The notes: a model not told the origin generated them from the letters alone. DNA of 64,000 nt from Marsupella aquatica (GCA_973895155.1 OZ316893.1:7588963-7652962); one strand, 5' to 3'; positions 24,328 to 38,433 are shown, counted from the stretch's first letter. Translations and numbers: made by a program.

Positions 24328-27036
24328 AGACTGGGTCGCAATAGCTCTGCCTGTGTTCTGAACAAGGTGTAGTAGGCTGTTTAGTAGCTGAGCTTTGTAG
24401 TCGTACTTTATCCCTTTCGGAAGTGTCATTGGCTTCAATGATTTCTCAACGTACGTAAACTGTATGGATATTACTGTTTGGATATGTATATGTAGTCTTT
24501 TAGATGTTGTGTCCAGCTACAGTGACAATTCTGGTACGTTTTGCACATATGGTAGGTATACACCTTTGTTGGTGAGGTTATGGCACAAGGTTTGTAGTTA
24601 TGTTCCACGCAAACTGTAAAGGACATTTCTCTACTATAGGGGAGGAGCCGGTGGATGGCGAAGGGTGGAAACCTAGATTATCTGACTTTTAGGAGTCATT
24701 GGTGGGAGCTGGATACCCAACATTATAAATAAACTTGCGGTCTCACTTAAGAGACGTTGTTTTTGTTAGCGCTGATCTTTTAGCAGCTCCCGTGGCTCTT
24801 GAGTTGTTAGTAACATGATCGTTGAATCAGCCCCAATCATGGGAAATCATGGGATCGACAGATCTGGAACACTGGTTTTGTGAGACATTTGCTGAGCCTA
24901 TTGTAGAGTTTTGGCTAATGGAGTAAAGTTCTAACTGGAATCCTCCAACACAGGCATTTTTTATTTTCAAACAGTTCATCATTGCTCGACAAGAAGCGAT
25001 GTTATGTGTTGTGTGAGTTCGGTCTGATTCCAAGGATAGAATTATATTTGCTGACTTGACTACTGCATGAAAGTAAGAGTTACTCCAGTGGGTGAACGCA
25101 AGCAAAAGGTAGTACGGTGGAAAGTTATACGGCGAGTTTGTATTGTTGCAGATTAGTTTTTCAACCTCGACGCAACACTTCGTGTTTAGTTTGTGGAAAC
25201 AGTTGTGCCTCTTTTCTCTCCAGTTGAGCTTGATTTCCCTGTGGAGCTCGGGGGTTGGAGCCACATTACTTGTAGTATTTAAGACGTCTCTCTGCAGGAG
25301 ATTAAGGCTCTTCTTGCAGCCGCAGTGGTAAAATAGGTGGTGGTGTAGTCTCTACTGGTCTACTTGTGTTGATGGTGTGGATTGGGAATAGATCGGAAAC
25401 TGATTGTGTGGAAGCCCTAAGATAACTATGGGGTAGCAAGTAGGTGACGGGAGAGATATGACTGTCAGTTCGACTTCCCAGTTCCCTAGTCCTGTGGATG
25501 ATTATAATCTAACACAGAATCGCATATTGCTTACGTCGTTGAAATCTGGAGCAAGAGCAGAGAATGCGACTTTCTCGTCCTCCGTTTGTGACGCAGAACC
25601 GCGAGTGCTGTGTTCCGCCAAATGCACGAGGCAATGAATTCGTGATCGACATGAAGGTTCAACGACAGGATGTGCCAGTAACAACCAGGAGTTCGACTCT
25701 CACAAGGTTTCTAGTGTTCTTGAATTGTGAATGTTTAAGTTTCGCTATTCTTATGATTACTTATAACTGTTTCTGTTCAAATAGTGACAACGCTCCCTGT
25801 TTCGGAAAATGCTTCATCAGAGTCTTTTGGACCCAGCGAAGATCGAGTATTGTCGTTAGTCTCATAAGAGGGACTCATGAAATTGATGGAGTGGTACTAT
25901 TTTTGTGACCACCTAAGCGACGTCGGGGAAAAGATATACGGCACTAGTGAGTTGAAGTTCAAACTACGATGGCTTTAAATTGTCTGGACAGGTCCTTCGT
26001 TTCCGGGTCGGCCATTCCATGAAAAAAGTTGGTGGTTCCGCATGAGATGATTGGAAGTTCTGAAGTTCAAAGTACTCCATCATCCATGCCATGGACGTTT
26101 ATACGGGCTTTGAGCAATACCAATTGTAGTGTACAGTATTCTGTTCGGGTTGTTTCGGAGAGATTGAACAACACTTCCACTCGTAATGAAGTGTTACTGT
26201 ATGAGACTTCAGAAAGCTGGCTTACTCATTCTTTAATTGTTTACGGCACGTTTGGAGAACATGTACCTTGGATGATCAACAATACCGATTCTTATGTAGA
26301 TTGTCAAGTTTGGGTTCTTTCCCAAGAGCATTCCCATTAATGCTAAACTCTATGGTTGATGTAAAGTTTCACTTTCTGCCCGAATCTGTTGATTTGATTA
26401 CAAATCCTTCCGATGTCGACTTTTATCAAAATCGTGAGAAAAAAATGCAATGCATAGTGTGAATAGATTCTCTTTTGACGCGCATGTTCACAGGTCTTGT
26501 GGGTACTGCTGTCGTTTCATGGAAGGATGGCAAGGTTTCTCAATCGACAGCAACGAAGCAGTGGACCGATTTAATCCATTAAGACCCAGCGTGCCTCTAG
26601 AGAAAGCTCACTCGATCGGTATAACCCGAACCACATTGAAACAACTGCCCTCAATCGATTGACAGACAAGTGGAAAAGAGCAATGTAGAACTCGTTGATA
26701 ATCTCCTCTCAAAACCGGAGAAAAATACAACCCCTCCAAAGCTGACGGTCTTCAACATTCGGAGTGTCTACAATTACAGGCAAACCTACATTCTCCCCCT
26801 ACCGATGATTCTCACCAGCCCCACTGAAATTCCGTCCGCCTATATCCTTTCTATGTTCCTACTGCCTATGCAGCTCACGATGGGCCCGTACGATCTGAAA
26901 ATTCGGCTGAGATGGTGGCGCACGTTTGCTGGACAAGACAAGGTCATGTGTCGCTCTCTTGCCAATGTAGAAGGCGTTTCTTGACGAGCTACAGAAAATG
27001 GCAGAGCGCTCTTAGTCACTTGAGGACTCCCATGAT

Positions 27037-29386
27037 CTAAACGTTGGCTTTGCCGTCAGTGACCATGGAGATGAGCTCGGGCTCCGAGTCCGAGGAGTGT
27101 GGGCGAGTGTAAGTTGGGGTGGTCAAGACGAGGCCCGGAGGATGGCGCTCATCCCCAACCACAGGCTCGTTGAGTTTGCCGCTGTTTGTGATAGAGCACT
27201 TGTTCCGGATCTCCCCTTTGCCCCCCGACGAAATCTGACTCATTTTCACGAACGACTTCGCGAATTGGGTGAAGAAACCGCTCTGGTTATTCGCCCAGGA
27301 GTTCACGAGACCCCAGGCGGTGGAGTCCTGATCCAGGTTTTGGTCCGACGCTAAGAGTGCTCCTCCGCTTGGAAGGTTCTTGAAGTACTGGTTGTCAAAA
27401 TGGTTCGGGGAGTAGAAGTCCAATCCCGTGGAGCCAGAGCCTGGAGGCGAGGGACACACATTGCTTTTGAGGTAGCCCGCGTAACCAGAATTCAACTTCG
27501 GGTCCACAGTCGGTATGATGCGTCCGCTGAATGCTCCGCAGTGTGCCACTCCCAAGGTGTGTGCACCTGTAGCAGCACAAGATCCAAGTTCTTCATATCT
27601 CTTCCCGGACTTCATCGAGGGAAACCTTTCAGATTCGAACTTTCAGAATCTATCCAAATGACTCGTTCAACACTCAATGCACATTGAAGAAGGGAGACAA
27701 AAATGTTGAAAAAGTTCCCAAAACCCAGGACCGACTGACACAATGAGAGTGAGGTAATAGTGATGGAGGTCAATTGGAAGTTCCATGCTTAACAATGACG
27801 TCGTGCTGTGAAGGAACAGTGAGATGTGCATCGGACAACTTGAGTATCATGTACCTGCAAGAGCGACGAGGTCGGCGGTATCTGTAAGACCCTTCTGACT
27901 GAAAATGGATTTCTGCTGGGCAAAAGTGGTTGAAGGCCCAGGTAAGTCCGTGGTTTGTGTGCTGAAGGCCAGAGCATCTAGTCGCCCTAGAGGAACACTG
28001 AAGGAGGGTCCTCCGCTCTGCACAGGGGACGAAATACCTTCTTCAGTTGGCAATAAAGCTAAGATAGCGTCAGTTTTGAAAAATTGCAAACTAAAGTTGC
28101 ATTCACACACATGCTGAACGAGGATCTCACTCACCTGCGTGACAGCCTGCTTGGCGGCGAGCACAACGATATCGGCACATGAGACGGTCTTTGGACAAGC
28201 GGCCTCGATCGCCGTCTTAATGCTATCGATAAGCTGCAGAGCGGCCGGGCGGATGGTCTGATTCGGGACAGCGTTCAGCTCGGATCCGCTGGCAAGCTTC
28301 AGAAGGATCGAAGCGTCGCAGCCCTGTCAAGAAGAGTACACAACATACAAACGCTTGAGCTAACAGAATCAGGCAATGTGGCAACTAGTAGCAACATCTC
28401 GACAACGAGGTCACACATTGTAATCGCCGAGATTCTCCATCCATTGAGCTCTCATGTTGCGAATTATCTCATGAATGACGGAGCTGAGCGAAGCAGCTCG
28501 AAAGTCGTTGATGTCTTCCAGTGTGCATCTCCGTTTCTACCGATTGGGACGTTTCTCCTTGTCAGGGATTCCTAACCAAAATTAAATCTAGTACGAACTA
28601 CGGATGATTTATGGGACACAATCATTGTCTGCAAGCAAAACCTCGTGACAGACACTAATGCATGTCGGTCCCGGGACGCGAGGGTGGATCCGTGGAGAAG
28701 TTATGAAGACTAAGTCCGACCGTACTTCAGAAAATTACACAACTGGCACGGCAGTCCCATAGATTCAATTGCCGTTCGTTGGAACGGTGATAGGACACAA
28801 GTCGTGGGGAAGCAGTCGTAGTCGGTCGGCCAGCAAGGAAAGGCCTCGTGTCAAGCCTCTCGAGGGAAGAACAACAAGGCTTCGACATCGCATACTCTTC
28901 AATCATGGCAATGGACACCGTGGAACGGATTAATGTTGTGCCTCTCTAATGCAAGACGAAGAAGAAGAAGAAGCACAGTAGAGCCAGTCAAATTCTCAAG
29001 CTACAGCTTTGTTGATCCCATGACTGGATTCATTGGCTTGTGGGCTGGAAAGAGCTTTCGTCCAAGTCCGCAAGCGAAAATGCGAGCGATCAGACATGCA
29101 CCTGGACGAAGCAGTCATGGAAGAACAAGCGAAGGAGTCCCGCCGCAACGCCACCATCGCTCTTTAGAGCTGCAGCGACTTTGGAAGCAACAATGGTCTC
29201 AGCGGTGGCGCAGGTCCCAGCATAGTATCCCCACGCAAGCCCTTCTGCCACCGGAAGCTCCTTCTCTAGATCCGACAGCTCCGCCCCGTAATTGAGTTCA
29301 TACTGATACTCAGCAGCGCTTCCAGCGATGCAGTAAGCCAAGATAAGCACCACCGTCACTCCCCCAAACAGCCCTTCCTTCCCCAT
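27037..29386 (-). CDS. Class III secretory haem peroxidase (~388 aa, 4 exons)
   Basis: Exons 29386-29102, 28323-28135, 28017-27855, 27566-27037 with the canonical three-intron layout. Signal peptide, RLFFHDCFVQGCDAS (distal His), VSCADI, LGRLD, LAGAHTLG (proximal His), FDNQYF, GEIRNKC. Confidence 0.95.
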
Positions 29387-31064
29387 TCTCTCTCTCAGTC
29401 CCTTCAATTGAACTGAAACAGCCACCTCGCCAAAGCAAGAGCCTTCTAATCCTACCGACGACAGAACTCTTCAGCTCAGCTTCGAGTCTAATGAATGAAG
29501 GCAGTGTGAGCTTGACAGCTTATAACTTTGCATTCGGTATAGCTCAGTGCTCTCTCAATCTCATCAGTCCCCTCATCAGTCCCCTCACAGACTCACAGTC
29601 CTCCGCTGCTGCTCCCGAGGGATATCATGAGGCTATTATTAATATTATCGTAACCTAGGTAGCCCAGGTCAAACACGGACCTACTGTGAGAACTGAGAAC
29701 AGCACGCTGCCGATGATACTGATAGGATGGTGGAGGACCGGAGGTGGGTCCGATCCCGAAAAGTCGGTCCAAACCTCAGATCTCGAGCTAAACGACTCTC
29801 TATCACCATTGATTGAATTGTCCTCGCCGCCATAATGTATCATAAAGCAGCATCGCCTGTAGAACCGCACTGTAGAAGAGGATAAAATTGGAGGCACAGG
29901 CAGCATCAGCACTGCAGCAGCTTCAGGCGTCATCGTTCTGAACTGCTGCACTCACGAAGCCAATTTATGACTCTCCTAGACTCAGACTCTTCAGAGCAGA
30001 CGACGAGACTCATCCCGCAGTCCTGCCATCATTCTATCTTATCGCAGAGCGGACCACTTGCCACTGAAACTTGACAGGAGTGCGCTGAGTACAGTACTGC
30101 TCCACTACTGTGCCATTACGTTCTGCAAAGTCCGCTGATGTTTTAGTATGAAATGGTCGTCACGTAGAGTGTGGCGATCGTGTCCTCTTGCGTCTCGATC
30201 TCGACCATCCCGGATCCCCGACGATGTTGTAATTGTCGACCGACGCACCGACGGAATCGTACTTTGTAGTTTCCAAATAATCTAGTTGGGCCTCTCAAAG
30301 TTGAGTCTTTTTACCCCGGTGGCACTGGAAGCAGGCAAAGGGGGTGACCTACAGTACTCGACGTCTGTTTACGAGCAAATTTTGCATATTCAGACAGTGA
30401 GATATTGAGGCTAATCTATTAAAATTAATGTCTATGTTCATGACCAAATGAAGCGATAGTGAGCAATTTAATAGAAAATATGATATCTAGACTAAGCTGG
30501 TGAGATAGGGGGGCTTGACAAGGAACTCTCAGGCACGGATGGTCACTTTTCACCCATTGGAAAAGTGACGTCCATTGCATATGCTAAAGTCAATTAGCCT
30601 GAGCCAAAATGTGTAAGGTGCGGGGAAAATAAATGCAAGATCCTTGGTAGAAGTAGGCCAAGAGGTGGTCTATGTTTTCTATAAAAAAATCATGGCCACA
30701 CCAGAAAAGTGGACCCACTACAGTAGTTAGTGAGTTGCGAGGATCTTGACTTGTTTTCCCAGCTTGGGTCCTGAAGGACAAGTGAACTGAAGTTTTGCTC
30801 CCACATTTGAGGAGAGATTTGCTTGGTGGGGTCTCACTTGAAAGCTGTCGACTTAACAGTCCCGAAAAGTCCAAAATGACTAGGTGGGACCTCAAACCTA
30901 TGCTCGACCGGGTTTAGTATGACTTTGCCGGCCCTGCACATGCCTGACACCTTACCCTATTGTAGAACGGCAAAAATCTATGTTGGCGCGAGGGTAGGGA
31001 GAACTTATTGTGTACCCATTATTTGGACCCCACTCCAGCGCTCACGGGAGGTGAAGTGTACCCA

Positions 31065-32062
31065 TTATCTGCTTGTAATAGACATAAAGGACTTGTGTTT
31101 GGCCCCACTGTACTTATTGACATGTCTTGCAGCCTCCTCCCAAGTCTTGTATATTCCTGGAGTTCTCCCTATGGCCACTGCATACCATTTTTGCTTGGAG
31201 CAAACTCCTAGGTTACAATTACATGGTCTGGTGATTGCGCTACCGAGAAATGCACTAGGTGTAGCGCAAGGAGTAGACACTAAACGATTGGGTGGATATA
31301 TGTGGACATTTCCACGAAGCTCTTCATTGTCGACAAGCACGACTCCTTCCACAGTTGTTGGCTTAGATTCAAGTGCAGTAGGGAGTGGGCAGAGACGCTC
31401 CAACATGAGACACACAGTGCCAAAAATGGCACTAAGTGCTCCTACAAGTAACCAGAGCAATGTGTTAGGATTTACTCTTAGGTCTAGAGTTACGACTATA
31501 CCGTAGTTAAGGCTAACTTTAGTCGTAGACTTGGTTAGGTTAGTCATGCTGTGCACACTGTATAACCAAACGGTATTTGCTTGGAGAGTGGGAACTCAGG
31601 CTCCTTGTTATGGAGCTAGTTGAGAGATAGGGAGAGCTTGCGCTGTGGATGCTTGGTATGGCCGGTCGACCTAGAGTGCAATAAAGTTTGTGTGTGTTCC
31701 CGTGGACGTAGCCTCATGTGGAGGTGAACCACGTATCTCTCTGTGTCGACTCTTGTGCGTTGGATAATTCATGGGCTTGTTGTTGTGATTGTCGTCTATG
31801 CTCAACACAATGCACGACAAGCAACCCAAAATTGGTTGTCAAAATGGTTCTCTATAGCTTTTAGCCATTGAACAGTCTTCCTCAACAGCTTACACAGAGC
31901 AAGCGATGCAATGTGTAAGCAGTGCAGCCAATGCAGCTTCAACCACAAATTAACTCCTCCCCCCAGATCGCAGCATGAAGCACCGACACCGCTCCCAGCA
32001 GTCCGCAGTGCGCTAACTTCTCTCCCCAGTAGAAGTCGATGACTTCTCTCTCCAGCACGCAC
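31065..32062 (-). pseudogene. ORF with RNase H1 N-terminal hybrid-binding (Cauli_VI/viroplasmin) domain, split by a solo LTR
   Basis: KWYAVAIGRTPGIYKTWEEAARHVNKYSGAKHKSF is the characteristic HBD signature. Removing 31463-31807 plus one TSD joins ORFs 31802-32062 and 31065-31556 in frame (..VACRAL|LWLLVG..). Confidence 0.8.
31463..31807 (+). mobile_element. Solo LTR (Ty1/Copia-like), 345 bp
   Basis: Termini TGTT...AACA; 5-bp TSD CAATG at 31458-31462 and 31808-31812; internal TATA-like and AATAAA signals; CCCGTGGACGTAG...GAACCACGTA motif typical of plant Copia LTRs. Confidence 0.9.
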
Positions 32063-33626
32063 CTAGTTCACTTCTCTCCCCGGCCAGCACACAGCTCAAT
32101 CACTTCTTTCCCCAACACGCAGCTCAATCGAGAGCTCAATCAGCTTCAGGCGATCACCGTTTCACTTTTCCAGTCGAAGCTCTCCTCATATCATCGACCA
32201 CATCACTCTGTACGATACTCACCCTCTCGCAGCCCAGCCCTGAAGCGTAGCGCAGCTTCAATCAATCACTCTTGATGATCAGTAATCCTCTAGATCCTCT
32301 TGATCAGTGGAGCGCAATTTTGACTCTTGACAATCCACCACAATGTATCAACATTGGGTTCTCAATCAATGGCAGTTGACGTTTTGGTTAGGAAGTCCAG
32401 GGCCTCGCCTCCCGTGAGTGGTGCAGTGGGGTCTTGCCTCCCATGAGTGTTCCAACGGGTACACACTACACAGGTCCTGCCCTCCCCCCCCCAACGTAAA
32501 ATTTTCCCGTTCTCACCTGGGTATGGTGTCAGAAATCTGCAGGGCCCGGCAAGTTCTTACTAAACGGCTCCACCTACGTTTGAGGTCCCACCGAGTCATT
32601 TTGGACTTTTCGGGACTTGTTAAGTCGGCAGCTTTCAAGTGAGACCCCACCAAGAAAATCTCTCCACATTTGAGTGGATAGGAAAGCATCTCAGAGAGTG
32701 AAAACAATTGAAACTCCACCCTCCAAGTTCTTGGAAAGCCTCTCTAAGGAAGTGCAGGGGAGTCTGGGTACAAGAGTCACCAGCTATTTACAAAGCAAAG
32801 CTCGAACAGTCGCACTAGTAAATTACTTAATTAAACCAATAATAAATGGACACCATGATGGTCACCACCTATTTACAAGCAAAGCTCGAACAGTAACATT
32901 GAGTAAAGTACTTCAACCCATAATGAACAGTCTAGAGGTGGGAGTATGATGGGGCTATATTGTCCCAGAGTCAAGTGGTCCGTGAGGGAAAAGTCCCACC
33001 TCCAAAGTTCCAAGAGCGTGAGTCACACTGTACTTCAGCTTGGGACCAGGGTCGCGTCGCCAAACACATTCCAGTCAGCTAATTTTTATAGCCAAAAAAT
33101 TCGCCAAACCCTTCCTTGGGATTAGGTACTGTAGATGAACAAAGAGAAGTTTTGACAAAGAAATATAAACATTTGCCACATGCTTAGGTAACAGAAGTGT
33201 CAGGACCACTCCTGAGAGTTGACTGTATAGGCAGGCAAGCCCATGCCAAGCCACTGTTGGGCCAGTGTCCTTCCACAAAAATGTACTTGATAGCCAGTTT
33301 CATCCCACTTACATAGTTACATGTACTTGACCACCAGCTCGTCCTCCTGCAAACCTATGTACCTGTAGCAAGTAGTTGAGCAGTACATCCGTTTGGAAGG
33401 ATGAAGGACTTCCATTCAGCAAATTACTTGCATTCCCATGTCAGCAAGACTTGATATGGTTAAGGTGTTTCTTATATGGTTTTACTTTTCCTCACTTCTT
33501 AAAGGCTGTGGTTCAAACTAACTTGCCAAATCTTCTGATAGACATCCTAGACTTGTTGCCACCTGATTCTTATGTATGGATCCAAGGCAACACACCTTTG
33601 GAGTGGGGCAAGAGATGGTTGCCCCC

Positions 33627-33854
33627 CAGTGTTTTTTTTAGTGGCTAATATTAGCTATTATTTTGTTGTCTCATTAGCCAGTGTTTCACCTAATCCCTGG
33701 CCCCATTAGCCAGAATCTAACGGTCAGCCTTAAATCTAGGGAGATCTGATGGTCAGGAAAATAATTGAATAGAAAATTTTCTGAGCATCTTTTCTCTCAC
33801 ACACTTTACATTCGCCACTCCGGCTAAAAAATGAAATCATTAAAAAATACGCTG
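33627..33854. mobile_element. hAT-family MITE, 228 bp
   Basis: TIRs CAGTGTTTTTT / AAAAAATACGCTG and 8-bp TSD TTGCCCCC at 33619-33626 and 33855-33862. Confidence 0.88.
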
Positions 33855-34529
33855 TTGCCCCCTCTTGAGGCATGCAACCATGAGATCTGCCAAATCTTAT
33901 GACAGACATCCTAGACTTGTTGTCACCCGATCCTTAGGGACAAATCCCGAAGTGCTCGCCAGAATTACACCTTGGGCGTGGGGCCTCCCATACTGAGACT
34001 TAGAACCATGAGATTGCCATGGTAGCTACTGGCAATCGACCTCAAGTACAAGTCCTGAAGTCCTGTACCTCAAGTGGTGTACCTCAAGTACATCCACCGT
34101 ACTGTCCTAGTCTAGTACGTGCGAATGATGCTACAGTAATCAATCCGTGCTTTGATTCAGCTCTAATAATACTCTACAAATTTCACTAGTTTATAATACT
34201 GTGAGATTCCAAATCGGCACAATCATTATCCGGAAATAGTATGTACGAAGGTTTTGTAGAGAAGTACATTAGCTTAGTTTTGTCCTGGAGGACCGCAATC
34301 CCGATCGTGCGATGAGGTGATGAGGTGATGAGATGATGATCATCCACGTCTGCGCGGTCCCCTTATTTACATGTCCGCATTGGTTATTACCCACTTGTCC
34401 GTCTCATCTACGGTGGTACCAAACGCTCATGTTTGCTAACGAATACACTGTTGACATGTGGATTGATCGACGCTCGACGAGAGCTGAGTGTCCGTAAGCA
34501 AGTCCTGTACTATAAATGTGCTTTTTCTG

Positions 34530-34714
34530 TTTTACATTTTCGCTTACAGAAGCGAAAGTTAAGCCCACATGAACCTTTTACATTTTAGCTTACATAAGCG
34601 AAAGTGAAGCCCAAATGAACCGTTTTACATTTTAGCTTACATAAGCGAACGTGAAGCCCACATGAACCCTTTACGTTTTAGCTTACATAAGAGAAAGTTA
34701 AGCCCACATGAACC
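34530..34714. repeat. Minisatellite, 4 x ~46 bp
   Basis: Unit TTTACATTTTAGCTTACATAAGCGAAAGTKAAGCCCACATGAACC. Confidence 0.9.
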
Positions 34715-37289
34715 GAGGGGTTTGTCTGCCCATTCCTATGGATTGCAATACAAATTACATCATTTTACATTCAAAATTCAGAGAGGTTGGCTATATTTGG
34801 AGGACTATTTGTTTGTTTTTGAGAAGGATGCCTCGAGTAGTTTTTGCAGTCACCCTGATCAATTGTGAAATGCTACTTTTGAGTATACTTGTGTATTTAT
34901 TTGGACAACTTTGGAATCTCTATTTTACATCAAAATTTTTGAGCATATTCTAAGATTTTTTGAGATCATTTGTTCCATTGCTGACAAGTGCGACAATGGT
35001 CAAATATTATAAACTAATGGATGCCACACTTTTGTGAAGGAGGCCTTGAGTAGTTTAGGCACAAATACTTACCACTTTAGAGAAGGGAGCTTCACTTACA
35101 CCCTGAGTAGTTTGGGCACAAGCAAAGACTTACCACTTAGGGAACTTCACTTTTGCGAAGGATGCAATGAGTAATTTTTCAATGGCTTGTTTACAGGTCA
35201 CATGATCAAAACTTTAATGAGTGATATCAGAATATTTTTTTGCGTTTTGAGTCACTCAATCCCAACTTTGGAAGGGCTTTAGAGGAACCCCCTAGGTACA
35301 CCCGGGCTTGACATTCTCCATAAGGGGGAACTGAATCATTATAATCTATAAGACTCTAGTGAAAATATATAAAAAAATAATTATAAATAAATAAATAAAT
35401 ATATATATATATGTTGGGAGCAGAGAAGTCCTTAAGTTGGACAATCACTGACAGAGTAGAGACCGTGGTCCTGGGTCTACTCAATACAGCGCACTGCCCA
35501 ACAACAGAAAGTGCCAACAAAAAAGTTGGATCACAAGGTGAGTAGGTGACATTGGATCTGCAATCCCATCAGAAGAGGGGCTGAGGGTGCCCAGGTGACT
35601 TGTGAGTTTTGGGCAGGTGACACTTGTGACGCACTGAGAAGCCTCCTATTAGCACAAAGTTTGTATATCTTATTATAGCCATTAGATTTCTGTATGGTGA
35701 AATCTGGGCCATTGATTTTGGCAAATAATCACTGAATTTGTAGCATTTGCAACACACTTAATCTAGTAGCAGATGTTCAGCACAGAAAAGAAACACTCAT
35801 GTCACCAAGCTAGTGGTCCCAAACTCAGTCCTCATAAGTGTCCCATTGGACATAGTTGTAGGAATTGTACAAAAAATTACAAATACATAGCCAAGGACTT
35901 TTCCTCACCTGCAAGTCAATCGTGTTAGATGGCGCCCAAAAAGTGAAATTCATTTGATGGGGTACGTTATGGATTTTTCTTCTATGGGAGCTTGACAATT
36001 ACATAGGGTGGTATTGCTTCATTGAAGGCCTTGCTTTCTTGTTGTATATACTGCAATATGAATTGACAATAAAACAAAGTACTCTGAGACCACCCAACAC
36101 TAAACGGGGTTAAGCCAGGGGACAAAGTGGACATGTTGTTTTTCTATGGATGCTTTTATCAAACTACTTACTAGGCTTGAATATTGATTGTAGTAAGAGC
36201 AGTTTTTCTATTTTACCACATTCACTATAAATGAGTAAGCGCTTAGAAAAATCATCTAAGTAAGCAAAATTATCTTAGCAAGGGTGGAAGTGGAATGAAG
36301 AACAGTGTGCAGGCTTGAATCCCAGCTTGGGAGTGACAATGGACATCACTGCAAACAAGGAACAATCTTATGTAGTAAGGGATCGGCTCGAACAAAAAAG
36401 GACAGTCCAGATAGATCCATGTCATCTAAACAAATTCCCTTCCCCAGTTAAAGCAACTCAATATCCAACCCCTGAAACCACAAACTCCCAACATGTGTTG
36501 CACAACAAATATATAGTGGTTCAAAATAACTATGCATAAAGAGACCCATGTTTGGCTAATGTTAGGAGTGGACCTATGCTCCGCTAATTAAATTAGCAGA
36601 CCTGTGCTTATAAATATTAGGGGAGTACTCTTGCTTGACTAACTTCAATGACAACGGGCCCTGCTTGAGTAATTCAATAGCATTGGACCCATGCTCAGCA
36701 CTGTCACACCATTCTAGGTAGTGTTAGAGTGTATCGTACTATCTAGATCCGTATGTTTGGTATGTGTGCTATATGAGCCGATAAGGTTCCGTCAGGTTTG
36801 TGTGAGAGGGTACTTCTCACTTGTGAGCCCGCTTGTGAGGCATTGAAAGGTCATCTTTCAATGTTGAGTCTTGGAGAGAGAGGAGCTTGAGTGGCTATGG
36901 TGGCTGTGAGCTCCGTTTGTGTAACGTGGATTGACATATATGTGTGTGATCGGATCGGTGTGGGATCGATGGGGTATTGTTGACCGGGATCGTTGTGCCG
37001 ATTGTATTGAGATTAATTGTGGGTTTTGGACATGTGTGGACATGAGTTCCACTTGTATTCCATTCTCTTGTGTTTGTGATGTGGCAGTGTGACTATGTTT
37101 GGATGTATGTGACAAGCGATGTATGTTGTGTAGCGATGTGTATGCGCACGACAGCACATGTGAGACTACAAATCATATCCCCTGCATATGACACTGGTTA
37201 CATGCTAGTAATGTAGCTAATAAAGCGCAATCAAAACTTATTCCCTGAGCCTAGTGTCTAGAGTGAAAACTCTGGACCCTGACTCTGAT

Positions 37290-37515
37290 GAGAGCAGAAC
37301 TGAAGTAAGGGTGAGGGTGAGTAGCATGGAACACCGTGACTCTAACTGAGCACAACAGAAAGCAAGGGTGAGGATGAATAGCGTGGAAGACCGTGACTCT
37401 AACTGAGCACAACAGAAAGTAAGGATGAGGGTGAATAGCATGGAATCCACTCTAGACCGTGACTCAAACTGAGAGCACAACTGAAAGTAAGGGTGAGGGT
37501 GAATAGTATGGACTC
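37290..37515. repeat. Minisatellite, ~4 x 57-65 bp
   Basis: Unit AAGTAAGGGTGAGGGTGAATAGCATGGAA..ACCGTGACTCTAACTGAGCACAACAG. Confidence 0.85.
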
Positions 37516-38433
37516 CTTTTCTATGCAAGGTTTTTTTCCCCTCCTCCTCGGCTCCTCTGTATTTTAGTTTAAAAAAAACTGGTATTAAAGCTAGTACAAT
37601 TAATACAACTTGTCATCTCACCTTCCACCTACGATTTTCGTAATTAATTAATCTGACTATTTCTTGTAGTGCGTCGTCTGTAGTGCTCTACAGTATGTGG
37701 ATTGATGTTATTTTATTTGCAATCGAAGTTCTGACATTAAACTCGTCCCTCCTGAAGTGCACCATGACGAGCAGAACAATTCGAATCCAATGTACCACAC
37801 TCCAACCCCCACCCCAGGCCATGGTCGTGGCCTGCTAGGACTGCCCGCTTCACCTTTTACTGTTCTATAGTGCTCCACAAGTAAAATCCACGTCTAACAT
37901 GAAGGCAAAGGAATCTTGATGTATCAACTTTTTTTTTATAAGGTGGGCAAGTAGGTGGCTAGTGCCATTGGCTTGCCTAGGAGAGGTGGCGATCTCATGT
38001 TTCCGTGCCTCAGGAGGGGTGCCGACCTCTTGCCCACCCAAGGTATGGATATGGCAAGCAATCCATCCATCTATAAGGATTGCGTAGTGACAAGCCTAGG
38101 GTGTGTACCAGAGCTTTTGGCAAATTTGAACCAGAGCCTCTAAGATGAATAAGTGAGGATAACTAAGGCCATATAAGAGACACCATAACTAAATCTCACA
38201 GCAATGTTAGCCTTGTGAATGTAAATTAATATTGTGTAATGGAATTGAACCCCTCCATGCCCTCAAATACACCACAGTTAACTCTCTCCAAGTGAATGCT
38301 CTTGGGAAGGCGGATGCACCATACCAGGTGTTGCATTCCTTGATAAGTGCACCCTCTCTAAAAAGTGACTTATCAATTAAGCGCACTTGATTTAGATTAC
38401 TTTGAAAAATTTACAGCCCCTCAGGAGGTGCTG

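Larger units (their letters stand above)
30811..32665. mobile_element. Element bounded by ~147-bp inverted repeats (foldback/MULE-like, non-autonomous)
   Basis: 30811-30957 is the near reverse complement of 32519-32665, sharing TGGTGGGGTCTCACTTGAAAGCTG..CCCGAAAAGTCCAAAATGACT..GGTGGGACCTCAAAC. True ends and TSD were not resolved. Confidence 0.6.

Noticed and set aside
22848-24365. Long antisense and alternate-frame ORFs (204, 291 and 127 aa) over the CBE1 last exon
   Set aside because: Expected shadows of a long coding exon, with no recognisable domains.
36722-37230. Second solo LTR starting TGTTAG
   Set aside because: LTR-like composition, but no matching CA end with a target-site duplication was found.
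34530-37515. Regularly spaced repeats resembling CRISPR arrays
   Set aside because: The units are head-to-tail with no unique spacers, there are no cas genes, and the context is eukaryotic.
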